The position numbers and the translations under genes are program-made. From Octopus bimaculoides (taxonomy: Eukaryota): 63,805 nt of DNA. This document shows, one piece after another, positions 38,144-49,800 of the stretch (its first letter is position 1; each line of letters opens with the position of its first letter). The notes beneath the pieces are model-generated. The model worked only from the letters and a program-made list of their open reading frames with translations. It did not search any database and was not told the DNA's origin. The stretch covers positions 3,345,048-3,408,852 of the forward strand of contig NC_068984.1 of assembly GCF_001194135.2 (NCBI RefSeq), in the 5' to 3' direction.

Positions 38144-39138
38144 ACGAATGCATACGCAGATTCAAAATTTACATAGAAGCAGCCGACGGACAGTAACATT
38201 TAAGTCAAAGTGAAAAAAGAACGTAATTATTAGTTAAACATTCAATGAAGGATTAAAAGAGTGGAAGAGTTCTTGATATTTTTTTTATTCTAAACTCTTC
38301 GTAAGAAAGAAAGAATTTTACGAGCAAATTAACGGGAATAATGAAAAACAAAAAAACATTCAGTTTTGTGCCAAGCCGAATATATAACTACATATATACA
38401 CACACACATTCACACACAGACGATATCTATTCTCACTGTTAACACATTTCTAACTATAATTTACTCAACAGTTCTTCATTTGTTCTACTTTTGACCTCAC
38501 AAAATACTCTCTAATCATCTTCAGAGTGACCTACCACTCAGTGTTGGCGACCTACCCCTCTCAGTCAGCATCTCCAAAGCAGTCGCGTGACATCGTTTGA
38601 GCGTCAGCGGTAAATTTTAACCCGTTTCCCAGTTTAATCCCACCACTTAGCAGCCCACGGGGGATTTTCGTGGAGTCCACTCTTTTGCAAGCTTTTGGGT
38701 CATGGCTACAGTTTGCGGGGGATTTCCTGCCTTCTTCTCGCCTGGTAGACGCAAAGACGATTATAGACGTTTCTTTGACTTCTTTACACAAAACACATCG
38801 CAAAACAAATAAGAAGGCCGTTATAGTTTACATGTAGTTAGCAGGTCCTATATGTTATAGAAATTGCTTCGAATAAAAGAGATAAGACCACGATGTGCTA
38901 ATTGAAAGAAGGAGGGGGTTGTAGCTGAAGTGATGGCGACGGAAATGTATAAATGATACTGAACATAGAAATTTGGAGAAAGTACAGTGATCGTGGGACA
39001 TTAAATGACATGCATGTGACGAGTCAGGGTTGAAGGGGAATAGGTGGAGGAGAGGGGACGTGTGTCTTTGGAGTAAAATATAGAAAGATAAATGTATTAT
39101 TGTTGTTGTATTGTTGTTGTTGTTGTTGTTGTTGTTGT

Positions 39139-39357
39139 TAAGGTGGTGAGCTGTCAGAATCGTTAGCACGCTGAACGAAATGCTTAGCGGTATTTCGCCC
39201 GTCGCTACGTTCTGAGTTCAAATTCCGCCGAGGTCGACTTTACCTTTCATCCTCTCGGGGTCGATGAAATAAGTGCCAGTTGAACACTAGCGTCGATGTA
39301 ATCGACTCATCCCCCTCCCACAAAATTGCTGCCCTTGTGGCAAATTTTGAAACCATT
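39139..39357 (+). mobile_element. SINE family A
   Basis: Full head, core and tail ggcaaattttgaaacc. Confidence 0.85.
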
Positions 39358-41829
39358 ATCATAATTATTAAGGGAAATACGATTTGATATCGAGACAAAA
39401 ATATTTCAAAGATATAGGCAACGATATATATTGGAATGGTCCGTAGCCATTCGACTGAAATGAGTCCAGCATGGGATATATATATGTATGTATNNNNNNN
39501 NNNNNNNNNNNNNNNNNNNNNNNNNNNNNNNNNNNNNNNNNNNNNNNNNNNNNNNNNNNNNNNNNNNNNNNNNNNNNNNNNNNNNNNNNNNNNNNNNNNN
39601 NNNNNNNNNNNNNNNNNNNNNNNNNNNNNNNNNNNNNNNNNNNNNNNNNNNNNNNNNNNNNNNNNNNNNNNNNNNNNNNNNNNNNNNNNNNNNNNNNNNN
39701 NNNNNNNNNNNNNNNNNNNNNNNNNNNNNNNNNNNNNNNNNNNNNNNNNNNNNNNNNNNNNNNNNNNNNNNNNNNNNNNNNNNNNNNNNNNNNNNNNNNN
39801 NNNNNNNNNNNNNNNNNNNNNNNNNNNNNNNNNNNNNNNNNNNNNNNNNNNNNNNNNNNNNNNNNNNNNNNNNNNNNNNNNNNNNNNNNNNNNNNNNNNN
39901 NNNNNNNNNNNNNNNNNNNNNNNNNNNNNNNNNNNNNNNNNNNNNNNNNNNNNNNNNNNNNNNNNNNNNNNNNNNNNNNNNNNNNNNNNNNNNNNNNNNN
40001 NNNNNNNNNNNNNNNNNNNNNNNNNNNNNNNNNNNNNNNNNNNNNNNNNNNNNNNNNNNNNNNNNNNNNNNNNNNNNNNNNNNNNNNNNNNNNNNNNNNN
40101 NNNNNNNNNNNNNNNNNNNNNNNNNNNNNNNNNNNNNNNNNNNNNNNNNNNNNNNNNNNNNNNNNNNNNNNNNNNNNNNNNNNNNNNNNNNNNNNNNNNN
40201 NNNNNNNNNNNNNNNNNNNNNNNNNNNNNNNNNNNNNNNNNNNNNNNNCGTTGCATTAGAAATGGTTCGTTTGAGTTGATGCAAAGAAAACAGTTAAAAT
40301 TAAAGGTCATATTTCATTGACTCTATCCCAATCAGTCATAACTCGATCATGAGTGGTGCTGCTTCCTATTGCATTAACCAATGAGTCGTAGTTTCCCTTC
40401 ACCATTCCTCCCACCATTTACAGAGATTCCTGCAAAAAGGTCATGAGGTCTGCCGCTACTTTGCTGAACAAATAACAAAACAAAAAAAAACTCTAAAAGC
40501 AGGTTATTTCATTCATAGATCATAAGAGATAGAAGTGGCTAAATGGTAGTTTTATTTAGATATAAACTAGTTCAATATATGTGAGTGGTAAGACGAATCG
40601 AGCCCACATTTGTTAGTTGTTACCTAAAAGCAATATTTTTCTGTTAATGACCTCAGTTCACCAATCGAGTAAACCCTTTAGCCCTGAGCCCAGTAGTAGA
40701 TTGATCCTATTCCGAACCTGCTGTACGTTTCTAGTCGCTTTTTTTTTTATAATTCCTTCACTCTAAGACTAACAAACGTATTTATTTCAAGGAATATAGA
40801 TTCTGTGCCAAGAAATATAAAAAGGAATTAGTAAACTGTTCAGCTATGCCATTGTTCATTAATTTTTGATTCTGTATGATTCGTCAGTCCCAAAAATAAA
40901 TAGATACCGACAAACACGTTCATAAATCAAGGCGTTTTACCATAATTTCGAGATTAAGTCCTCAAACAGAAATTTGGAATTTTCATTTTTGCCTAAACCA
41001 ACTATATATTCTTAATTTATTTCTTCAGCTATGTACTAAATCCTCAAAGAAAAGCAAAATATATCCAGTACTTGATTTCTAAAGCTGGCCGCACCTTGTT
41101 GACAGAATCTCTGCAAGCAGTTGGCGAGGTGATTCGTAGAGAGACAGAGGGAGAGAGAGGAGAGAGAGGAGAGAGAGAGAGAGAGAGAGAGACTGGCTAC
41201 ACAGCTTTCGTATTCTGGGCCTTTTTTGAGAACGTTTGTCAAACACAAATACACACACACACACACATACACACACACACACATGCACGCACGCACAGAC
41301 ACGACCACACACACGCTGGTCAAATTACGTAATGACTACGGGGATACATGTTTAAGAATTTACGTAGTTTACTACATTGCATGTAATCAATCTGGTGGGG
41401 TTCATATCGGAATCACTGTTTGCGTGTTTTGTGTTATTATCTACAGACATACATGTATGTATGTATGTATGTATGTATGTATGTATGTATGTATGTATGT
41501 ATGTATGTCTGTATGTATGTATGTATGTATGTATGTATATATGTATGTATGTATGCAGCTCAGACTACATTTTTTCACGTCTGGTGCCTTACCGCAACCC
41601 TCCGGCCCTGCCCACATGGCATAGCAAGTTAAAAACAGAAAGATAGGATGAGAGAAAATATTGAGAAAAGGTGAGAAGGAAGGAGATGTAAAAGGTGGAA
41701 GGCTTAAAAATTGGAAAACGAAGAAGAAAGCAGAAAGAAGCATAAAGAGAGGAATTAGGCTTATGTCCCCTTTGACCGTAAATTCATAAGGCTGAAAGGA
41801 TACTGGCCTAGAGTCTGCAGTACATCTGC

Positions 41830-42690
41830 TCAATCCAGAGAGGATGGTACTTTCCAGTTCGCCAACAGAAACCTATCTATACGTCTACAACCGCTGAAAA
41901 TTTCATATCTGGAATTCAGTAGTGTAGTAGAGGTCTTAGATCTGAAAAGGATCTGTGTTTTTTCAGCTACACATAACATACATCTTTTTTTACCCGTTGA
42001 CATATGGTGTAGATTTTTCAACTATTTTCCATTTAAAAACCTGATAGCTAAAATTAGTAACAGAGTACCTAACATCTCTTCCTCTAAAGAAATTTTCGAG
42101 AAGGCAGCCCTCTACTACAACAATGCCCTACCTAATAGTGGCTTTACGGATGAATTAATATATAACTCCTCTATAATAAGAGGAACAACAATAATAGACC
42201 TAAAAATAGACCTAGGAGAATAATTTGGTTCGCCCCTTCCCCTTTCACTTAATGTTAAAACCAACATACGAAAAAGATTCCTGTCTCTCTTAGACAAACA
42301 TCTTCCAGATAATTACAGGTGCAGAGAAATATTCAACAGGCTGTCTGCGAAATTATCATATAGCTGCTGTTTCGATATGAAAAGCACCACGACACGCAAA
42401 CACCACCAAGAGCCTACTCCCAACTGTAGCTGTCGAGACTCAGGAACCTGTGCACTTGACCAGGGATGTATGGTTAAATCCGTCATATATGAAGCAGAAA
42501 CAGAAACGCTAGATGGTAACACAACTGGAAAGAAGAGCTACATCGGGCTATGTGAAGGTGACTTCAAATATCGCTACGTTAACCACATATCTTCCTTCCG
42601 ACACAGGGATAAAAGTTACGCTACTAAGATGGCTAGTCACGTATGGTATTTGAAGTCTAACGCCACACCATATACAATAAGATGGAAAAT
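41830..42690 (+). mobile_element. Penelope-like element fragment (RT thumb/linker and GIY-YIG endonuclease)
   Basis: EIFEKAALYYNNALPNSGF; RIIWFAPSLSLNVKTNIRKRFLSLLDKHLP..IFNR..KLSYSC; CSC..C..C..VIYEA..SYIGLCEGDFKYRYVNHISSF..HVWYLK..IRWKI. Confidence 0.88.
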
Positions 42691-43352
42691 TTATATATAT
42701 ATGTGTGTATGTATATATGTATTTATGTATGTATGAATATACACACACATACACACACATATATATTATATATGTGTATGTAAAGTATGTATATTTTTTA
42801 CATATATTTTATATATATGTATATGTGTAAAATATGCATATGCATTCATGCTAGTCTTTGATACAGAATACCTGAAAACAAAAGTAGGTTCGTCATGGCT
42901 GGAAAGCCTTTAACCCTAGCTCTACTCAATGTCAGTGTTGATCTTGGGCTAAACAGCAATAATATACCTAACGATATTCTCCATAGAAGAGTTTTATCTG
43001 CTTTCATAATCTAGATTGTATACAATTTATTTCTATTAAAGAATCTGGTGAAGAGTAACGAGTTCACAACGCGAGTCCAGCAGAAATTAGGGATACAGAT
43101 GGGGTTAGTTGTTGATATTTATATATGCAGGTTCGAAAGGGTGAGGACCTGTTAAAAGGTTTCTTCAGTTGTCTCCTGATCCTTCTGTTAGTGATTTCAG
43201 TGGCACCACTCCTCTATCTCTTTGTGGATTAAAAGTTAAAGTTAAAAAATGGTTATTTTAACTCAGTTACATCGCGATGTATCTAGGACACTCACTTCCG
43301 TCTATGAAAATCCCACAGATTTAATTGCTTATACATACACGCATGCACATAC

Positions 43353-43456
<104 letters not shown>

Positions 43457-43734
43457 CTGCGCGCGCACACATGCATACAATTATTGCGTACACAATAAAT
43501 CTGCGGACTGGCATAAATGTGTGTAGGTGTATGTGTGCGTATATATCTGTGTATTTGATTTCGTGTGTCTATGCATAATGCTTTCAATATGTATAATTTG
43601 TATTCGGGTCTATGTATGAATGCATACGCAGACACGTGCGTGAGAGCAAGAGCAGTATGTGTAAGTAAGCGGAAGTGTTTGCTTGCAAAAAATGTAGGGA
43701 ATAAAGTGAAGTGATGGTGATTAATAATAATAAT

Positions 43735-43774
<40 letters not shown>

Positions 43775-44402
43775 GGCCGGTAGATAATTAACGAGTTCCT
43801 AAGTAAATGAGACGTATCACTAGAGTTGGCCCGTACTAAAATCTAATGTGGCCCACCAAATTTAGTAACTATTATCTGAATTGGTGCTCCAACAGACCGG
43901 TGACTGGGAAAAGAATTGGTGCCGGAAATGTGAGAATTATGCAATTGCAGAGTAATTTAGAGACCACTTATATGAAAGCGGCGCAACAATCTGATGTGTA
44001 GGAGTTTCATTCACCAACAGAATTATCTTTTATTTTATTTTACTTTTGATAAATCCAACACTGCTCTACTTGTTTATATTTGTTATATTGTTGCTTCTTT
44101 ATTTACTTTAAAATTTTGTCAGAGTGCCATTATCTGGAACGCTCCAAACACTTTAGTTCACATCTATTAAACACTCAAACCCTTGAAAGAAAAAAAAACG
44201 CACGAAATCACGATTTCTCAATTAAGAGTCACGAAAATAGCATCCATCTGGCCTTTATAAGAGAATTATTGGAGCAGGACTTAGCTCGGTTCTGTACGTA
44301 CAAATACATGCATACAAAGACACATACAAACATACATACATACAGAGGTATATGCATACACACACAGACATATATATATATGTATTTTCCGGTGGTTGCA
44401 AT

Positions 44403-44816
44403 CAGGGCCGGATTAAGACCTAAAGAAGTCCTACGCACCTAAAAGATTTTGGTGCCCACATATATAAGTAATTCAAAATATAACCATGAAATAAAGTTTT
44501 AGTTTTCAAAATGAAACAAAACTAACATTAAGATGGAAAATAATGTTTATTTTTGTATACTTCTACTTTATTTATACTTAAAAAGCTTTCTCTTTTTTAA
44601 TTGCAAAATCTTTGATCAGATCCTCAAAGTTAATCTTAGGTAACACATCTACTTCTAAACTTTGTAGAAATAAGGCATCCCAAATATTATTGTAACAAGT
44701 TTAAAAGGATTTCTTTCGTACCGTAAACCATTTACTATTTCTGTTATGCCCCCCACTCCCTGTGGCTTGATGTCCTAAGCACGTGCTTGTTTTGCTTAAT
44801 GGTCAATCCAATGCTG
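44403..44816 (-). mobile_element. Non-autonomous hAT element with a transposase C-terminal remnant
   Basis: Degenerate TIRs (cagggccggattaagacc / ggtcaatccaatgctg); 8-bp TSD gttgcaat/gcttcaat (6/8 match); minus frame LQSLEVDVLPKINFEDLIKDFAIKK. Confidence 0.75.
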
Positions 44817-44910
44817 GCTTCAATAGCGTGGTAGAGTATATATACTCTCAAACCGCTGTGTGTTTTACACACCCAGCCACGGGTAAATACACAAAGCATA
44901 TACATTAAGT

Positions 44911-44988
<78 letters not shown>

Positions 44989-44994
44989 TAATAA

Positions 44995-45115
44995 TATTCA
45001 GTACAGTAACCATAAGAGCATCACAGCAAACCACAGCAAATACCCAAGGAACACAGAGCTGCGCTCGTTAGTGAAGTGAAGGCACGTCATAAAAATAAAA
45101 CTACTGAACAACAAT
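44995..45115 (+). mobile_element. RLE-LINE 3' UTR tip between (AAT)n tracts
   Basis: Matches the 3' end at 63000-63075 (tacccaagg..cacagagctgcg..tagtg.agtgaa.gcac). Confidence 0.65.
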
Positions 45116-45373
45116 AATAATAATAAATGTGTATATATATATATTGGTGTGTGTGTGTGTGTGTGTGTGTATACATATATGTATATGTGTGTATTACACA
45201 CACACACACATACATACATATATATATATTGTTGTCGTCATCATATATCGTATGCTTGGAGAATATTAATGACACTACAACGAGTCTTCGAGATTAAGCA
45301 CGCGTTCCCCATTTGGCTTGCGTACACATGTGTATTTATTCTTTTATACTTTCATTCTTTTATGCGCATACAT

Positions 45374-45463
<90 letters not shown>

Positions 45464-46710
45464 NNNNNNNNNNNNNNNNNNNNNNNNNNNNNNNNNNNNN
45501 NNNNNNNNNNNNNNNNNNNNNNNNNNNNNNNNNNNNNNNNNNNNNNNNNNNNNNNNNNNNNNNNNNNNNNNNNNNNNNNNNNNNNNNNNNNNNNNNNNNN
45601 NNNNNNNNNNNNNNNNNNNNNNNNNNNNNNNNNNNNNNNNNNNNNNNNNNNNNNNNNNNNNNNNNNNNNNNNNNNNNNNNNNNNNNNNNNNNNNNNNNNN
45701 NNNNNNNNNNNNNNNNNNNNNNNNNNNNNNNNNNNNNNNNNNNNNNNNNNNNNNNNNNNNNNNNNNNNNNNNNNNNNNNNNNNNNNNNNNNNNNNNNNNN
45801 NNNNNNNNNNNNNNNNNNNNNNNNNNNNNNNNNNNNNNNNNNNNNNNNNNNNNNNNNNNNNNNNNNNNNNNNNNNNNNNNNNNNNNNNNNNNNNNNNNNN
45901 NNNNNNNNNNNNNNNNNNNNNNNNNNNNNNNNNNNNNNNNNNNNNNNNNNNNNNNNNNNNNNNNNNNNNNNNNNNNTATATATAGGTGCATTCGTATACA
46001 GAAGATATAGTAAAAATCCATAGGAGTTTATAAATATATAAAATTTTTTAAATATGTAAATATATAAAAAAACTTCATAAATATATCAGTATGTAAATGA
46101 ATAAATGTGCTTGCGATGTTGAATGTCCGTATGCACGAAGGAAGCGATCCACAAACTCCGTGCTGACAAAAAAAACGTTTACTTAATAAGATGTCGTATG
46201 TCATTATTATGTGTAGATATAAATATTTATCAACTTCAAAATTTTTTCCTAAAAATAATTAGCCTATAGGATTTTAATCTAGTCACCCTTCATATATTTG
46301 GATTCGTCTTAAAATACTATTATACGTCATAATTTATCTTAACATGTAACTCTACTTCTAATTAGTATGGCCAAAGGAAAATTTCAAAGATTTAGAATAA
46401 AGAACTGAAAATTTGAAGAAATGAACGGTAACACGTATCTGCTTGAGGCTGGGGCTCAGGTAAGACGTTCAACCTCATATTATTATTCATTTTATTCATC
46501 GCTTTGTAATTCATGTCCGCACGTGTGTTGTCGTTGTCTGTCCGTGTACCGTCCCCTCTGTGTTCGGGACGTTGTGCCCAATTAAGAAATCAATTTTACT
46601 TCTAATTATATCATCCGCTTGAACAGTATCATCGGACACGGAACTTGTTTTTAAAAATTCTCAAATCTTTCATGGCATTTCAAATTTTAACAACTCTTTA
46701 AATCTTTTTA

Positions 46711-46800
46711 ACTCTGATGAGAGAAGTATAGATGAGTGTTATGTTTGGAGTTAGCTCGCCCATACCAACCTATATCTTCCCGAAACGGCCGTCAGACTTT
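46711..46800 (+). ncRNA. Type I hammerhead motif with an intact catalytic core and palindromic stem III
   Basis: CUGAUGA (46714-46720); stem II GAGAAG.UAUAG / CUAUAUCUUCCC; GAAA-CGGCCG-UC with predicted cleavage after 46793; stem I weak (2 bp). Confidence 0.65.
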
Positions 46801-46827
46801 GCACTTAATCAGGATTCCTCTTAAAAT

Positions 46828-49800
46828 CAAGCTAGAGTTATCGTCGATAAAACCACGTAGTGACAAATCGTACTTCCATTTGCAAAAACAATTGTTTTTG
46901 AAAGAAAACTTCTTCATACAAGAACAAGGATTTGGAATTTTACCTCTTGCAAATAAGTATCCTTCTCATTTGTTTATTTTCTTTTATCTTTCGTAATACC
47001 GGATGAAAATTTGAGTTTCGACTTCGTCTGTGTTTACATTCTGAGAATTCTCACTATAATTTTCATTCAACTTTTATTGCAGTGACCACTTCGCTTTCAT
47101 TCTATTTGAAAACTAGACATCATTACGAAACCCCTTTCTTTTCACTATCGTTTCATTCTTTTAATTTATCTCTTTAGAATTATAAATCCTATTTAGAATT
47201 ATAAATTTTGGTTTTCGTTTTCCTACACATCTTCGTTACTTGCTCCTACTCTCTCTTTCATACCTACCTCTTCCTCTCTCTCTCCCTCCCTCACATATAT
47301 TCCTCCCTTTCCCGCTCTTCTCTCTTTGCCCCTATATCCTTTTGCACCTACCCCTTTTCATCTCTTCCATAACTTCCTCTTTTTTTCATCTCTCTCCCTC
47401 CCTTTCATATCTTCATCCTTTTCTCACTCCTTCCCTTCCTTTGTCTCTCTCAACACCTACCTCTCCTCCTGTCACCTCATCCTCCCTCATATACTTCTCA
47501 TTTTCCTCCTCTTCTCATACCGTTTCTCCCTTTCCCTCACATCCTTCATCCTTTCCTGTCTCTCCCTCACTCTATCTCCCTTTCTCTTCCCATCCTCTTT
47601 CTCCCTCTGTCACTCTTTCTCTTCCCCTTCACTCCTTGTCTTTGTCTCTCTCTTTTCCCCTCCCCCTCCCCCTGTCTCTATTCCTCTCCTCCTCCTCTAT
47701 CTGCATCTGTCTCCCTAACACCTCACACCCCCTCTCTTTCCTTCAGATCACCATTTCCCTATTCCACCCATCTATCTCTCAGCTCCTCTCTATCCTCTAC
47801 TTGCCCTCTGGGCTGAAAAAAAGCGAAGATGGCACCAAAATGGGAGAAGAAAGAATTGAATCTTCTGTTGCGATCATGGATGATTGCTAGAGCGATCCAC
47901 CAAACAACATCATCATCACTGCTGAACTGAGACACAATGGCTTTTGTAGAACCATTGATCAGATAGAGTGGAAGAAAAATGAATTCATCCGATCCTATAT
48001 GCTTATCAGACCATACATTGACACCCTGGAAGTCATAATGGAAAATTGTGGCAAGGCTGATAAGGATGGAGAAGATGAAAAGGAAACAAAACCCGGAAGT
48101 CGCTTTGATCCAGTGGTTCCTCAAAAGAATAGATACCTCATCCCTGTGAATGACCAGGCAGAAAAGGATAGGGGTGCCAAGGAAGCAGCAACTAGAAGAC
48201 CTTCTGCTCCAGTGGTCCTACAAAGGAACGGAGTCCTCACCCCATTGAACAGCCAGAGGGAAGAAATTCACACCATAAGAAAAGGAAAGACGAGACACAA
48301 ACACAAACATAAAGAAGGAAGGAGAGAAAAATGAAAAGGAAAAAATGAAATACCGAAAGCCGAAACTCCAACCCACCAAACGAAAAACAGAAAACCCCAT
48401 GGAGGATCCAATGCTATCCAAAACCCTAGAGAGGAAATTGAGAGGGCACTCAAGGACATCCATATTTTACCTGCAAGGCAAATGTTGGCATGGGGAAGAC
48501 GGCAAAAACTACCGATTTGCTCACCCGAGACCCCGCCAAAACTACAGGGGACTTAAAGAGAAAAACTTTCCTAAGAAAAGACAAAAATTGTCCCCAAGGA
48601 AAAAAATATAGAAAAGAAGTGCTCTCTCAGAGACTATACACAAGGCAGCAGCTGAGCAAGAGGCTTTTTCGTGCATAGCACAAAAGATTGTGCAGCAGCT
48701 GACCTGGCTACACCAAGCGCAAACAAGGAACGTTGACCGCCACTACGCAAGAAAACCACAGTCAACAGACATGGGATGGCCTCCCATAACGCCTGCACAG
48801 TCCTCACGCCAATATTTTTTCTAAATACTGGGGGCCTGTTGCATCATAATAAAAGCAAAATTTCTTTCCTGAGAGACCTTGCTGCATGCAATCAAACCCT
48901 ATGCATAGCACTCGTAGAAACTCACCTCAGTCCTGATATAGAGGATGCAGAAGTACACGTACCAAAATATGCCATACTGCGAACAGACAGAAGGGAAACG
49001 AGCCCACACACCAGGTCTTCCTGTCATACTCCAATTCGGTATGTGACTCTAACTGTATACATAAGACAACATAATATAGTCATATGCAATATATATTTGC
49101 CCACCGGATGCTCCAAACCACAAGAAATCCTCATGCAACTGGAACACCACGTGAGTATATTTCTTATGTGTGATTTCAACTTCTCAACGTCAAATGGCCC
49201 AGAGGACTCATACTCTCAGGAATTACTCATTGCAAACAAGCACAGGTTGAGTCCCTGCTCAACCTCACCAATGCCCCTATTCATGGAGCAAGTTATACTC
49301 AGACCAACTAGGGCGAATAACATTTTGGATCTCTGCTTCAGGAACAATATAGACATCGTTCATGATGTAAAAGTGACGCCGACATTAGTTTCGGATCGCA
49401 ACATAATAGAGCTGTCTATGTTTGGGCCGAAAGTTGCCAGAGACATACAACCTAAAGGAGCACCCGAAATCTCTCCAATCTGAACTTCCACAAAGCAGAC
49501 TGGAAATCGATCCAGAAAGAGATCCTCAGAGAGGATTGGCCAAAATGTCTCTCCACACCAGACATTGATATGAAACTAGAATGTTTCTTGTCTATTGTGC
49601 AAGCCATATGCCAGAAATATGTCCCAGAGCACAAGGCCACAACAAATGGGAACAAGATTCCAAGGGAGAGAAAGATCCTCATAAGACGACGGACGAAGGT
49701 TGGAAATCTCTTCAACCAATATCCCAAAAGTAGCGAAAGGTTCCGCTTAACAACAACACTGATAGAGATTGAAAAAAGCCTGCAACAATCCTATGTGAGG

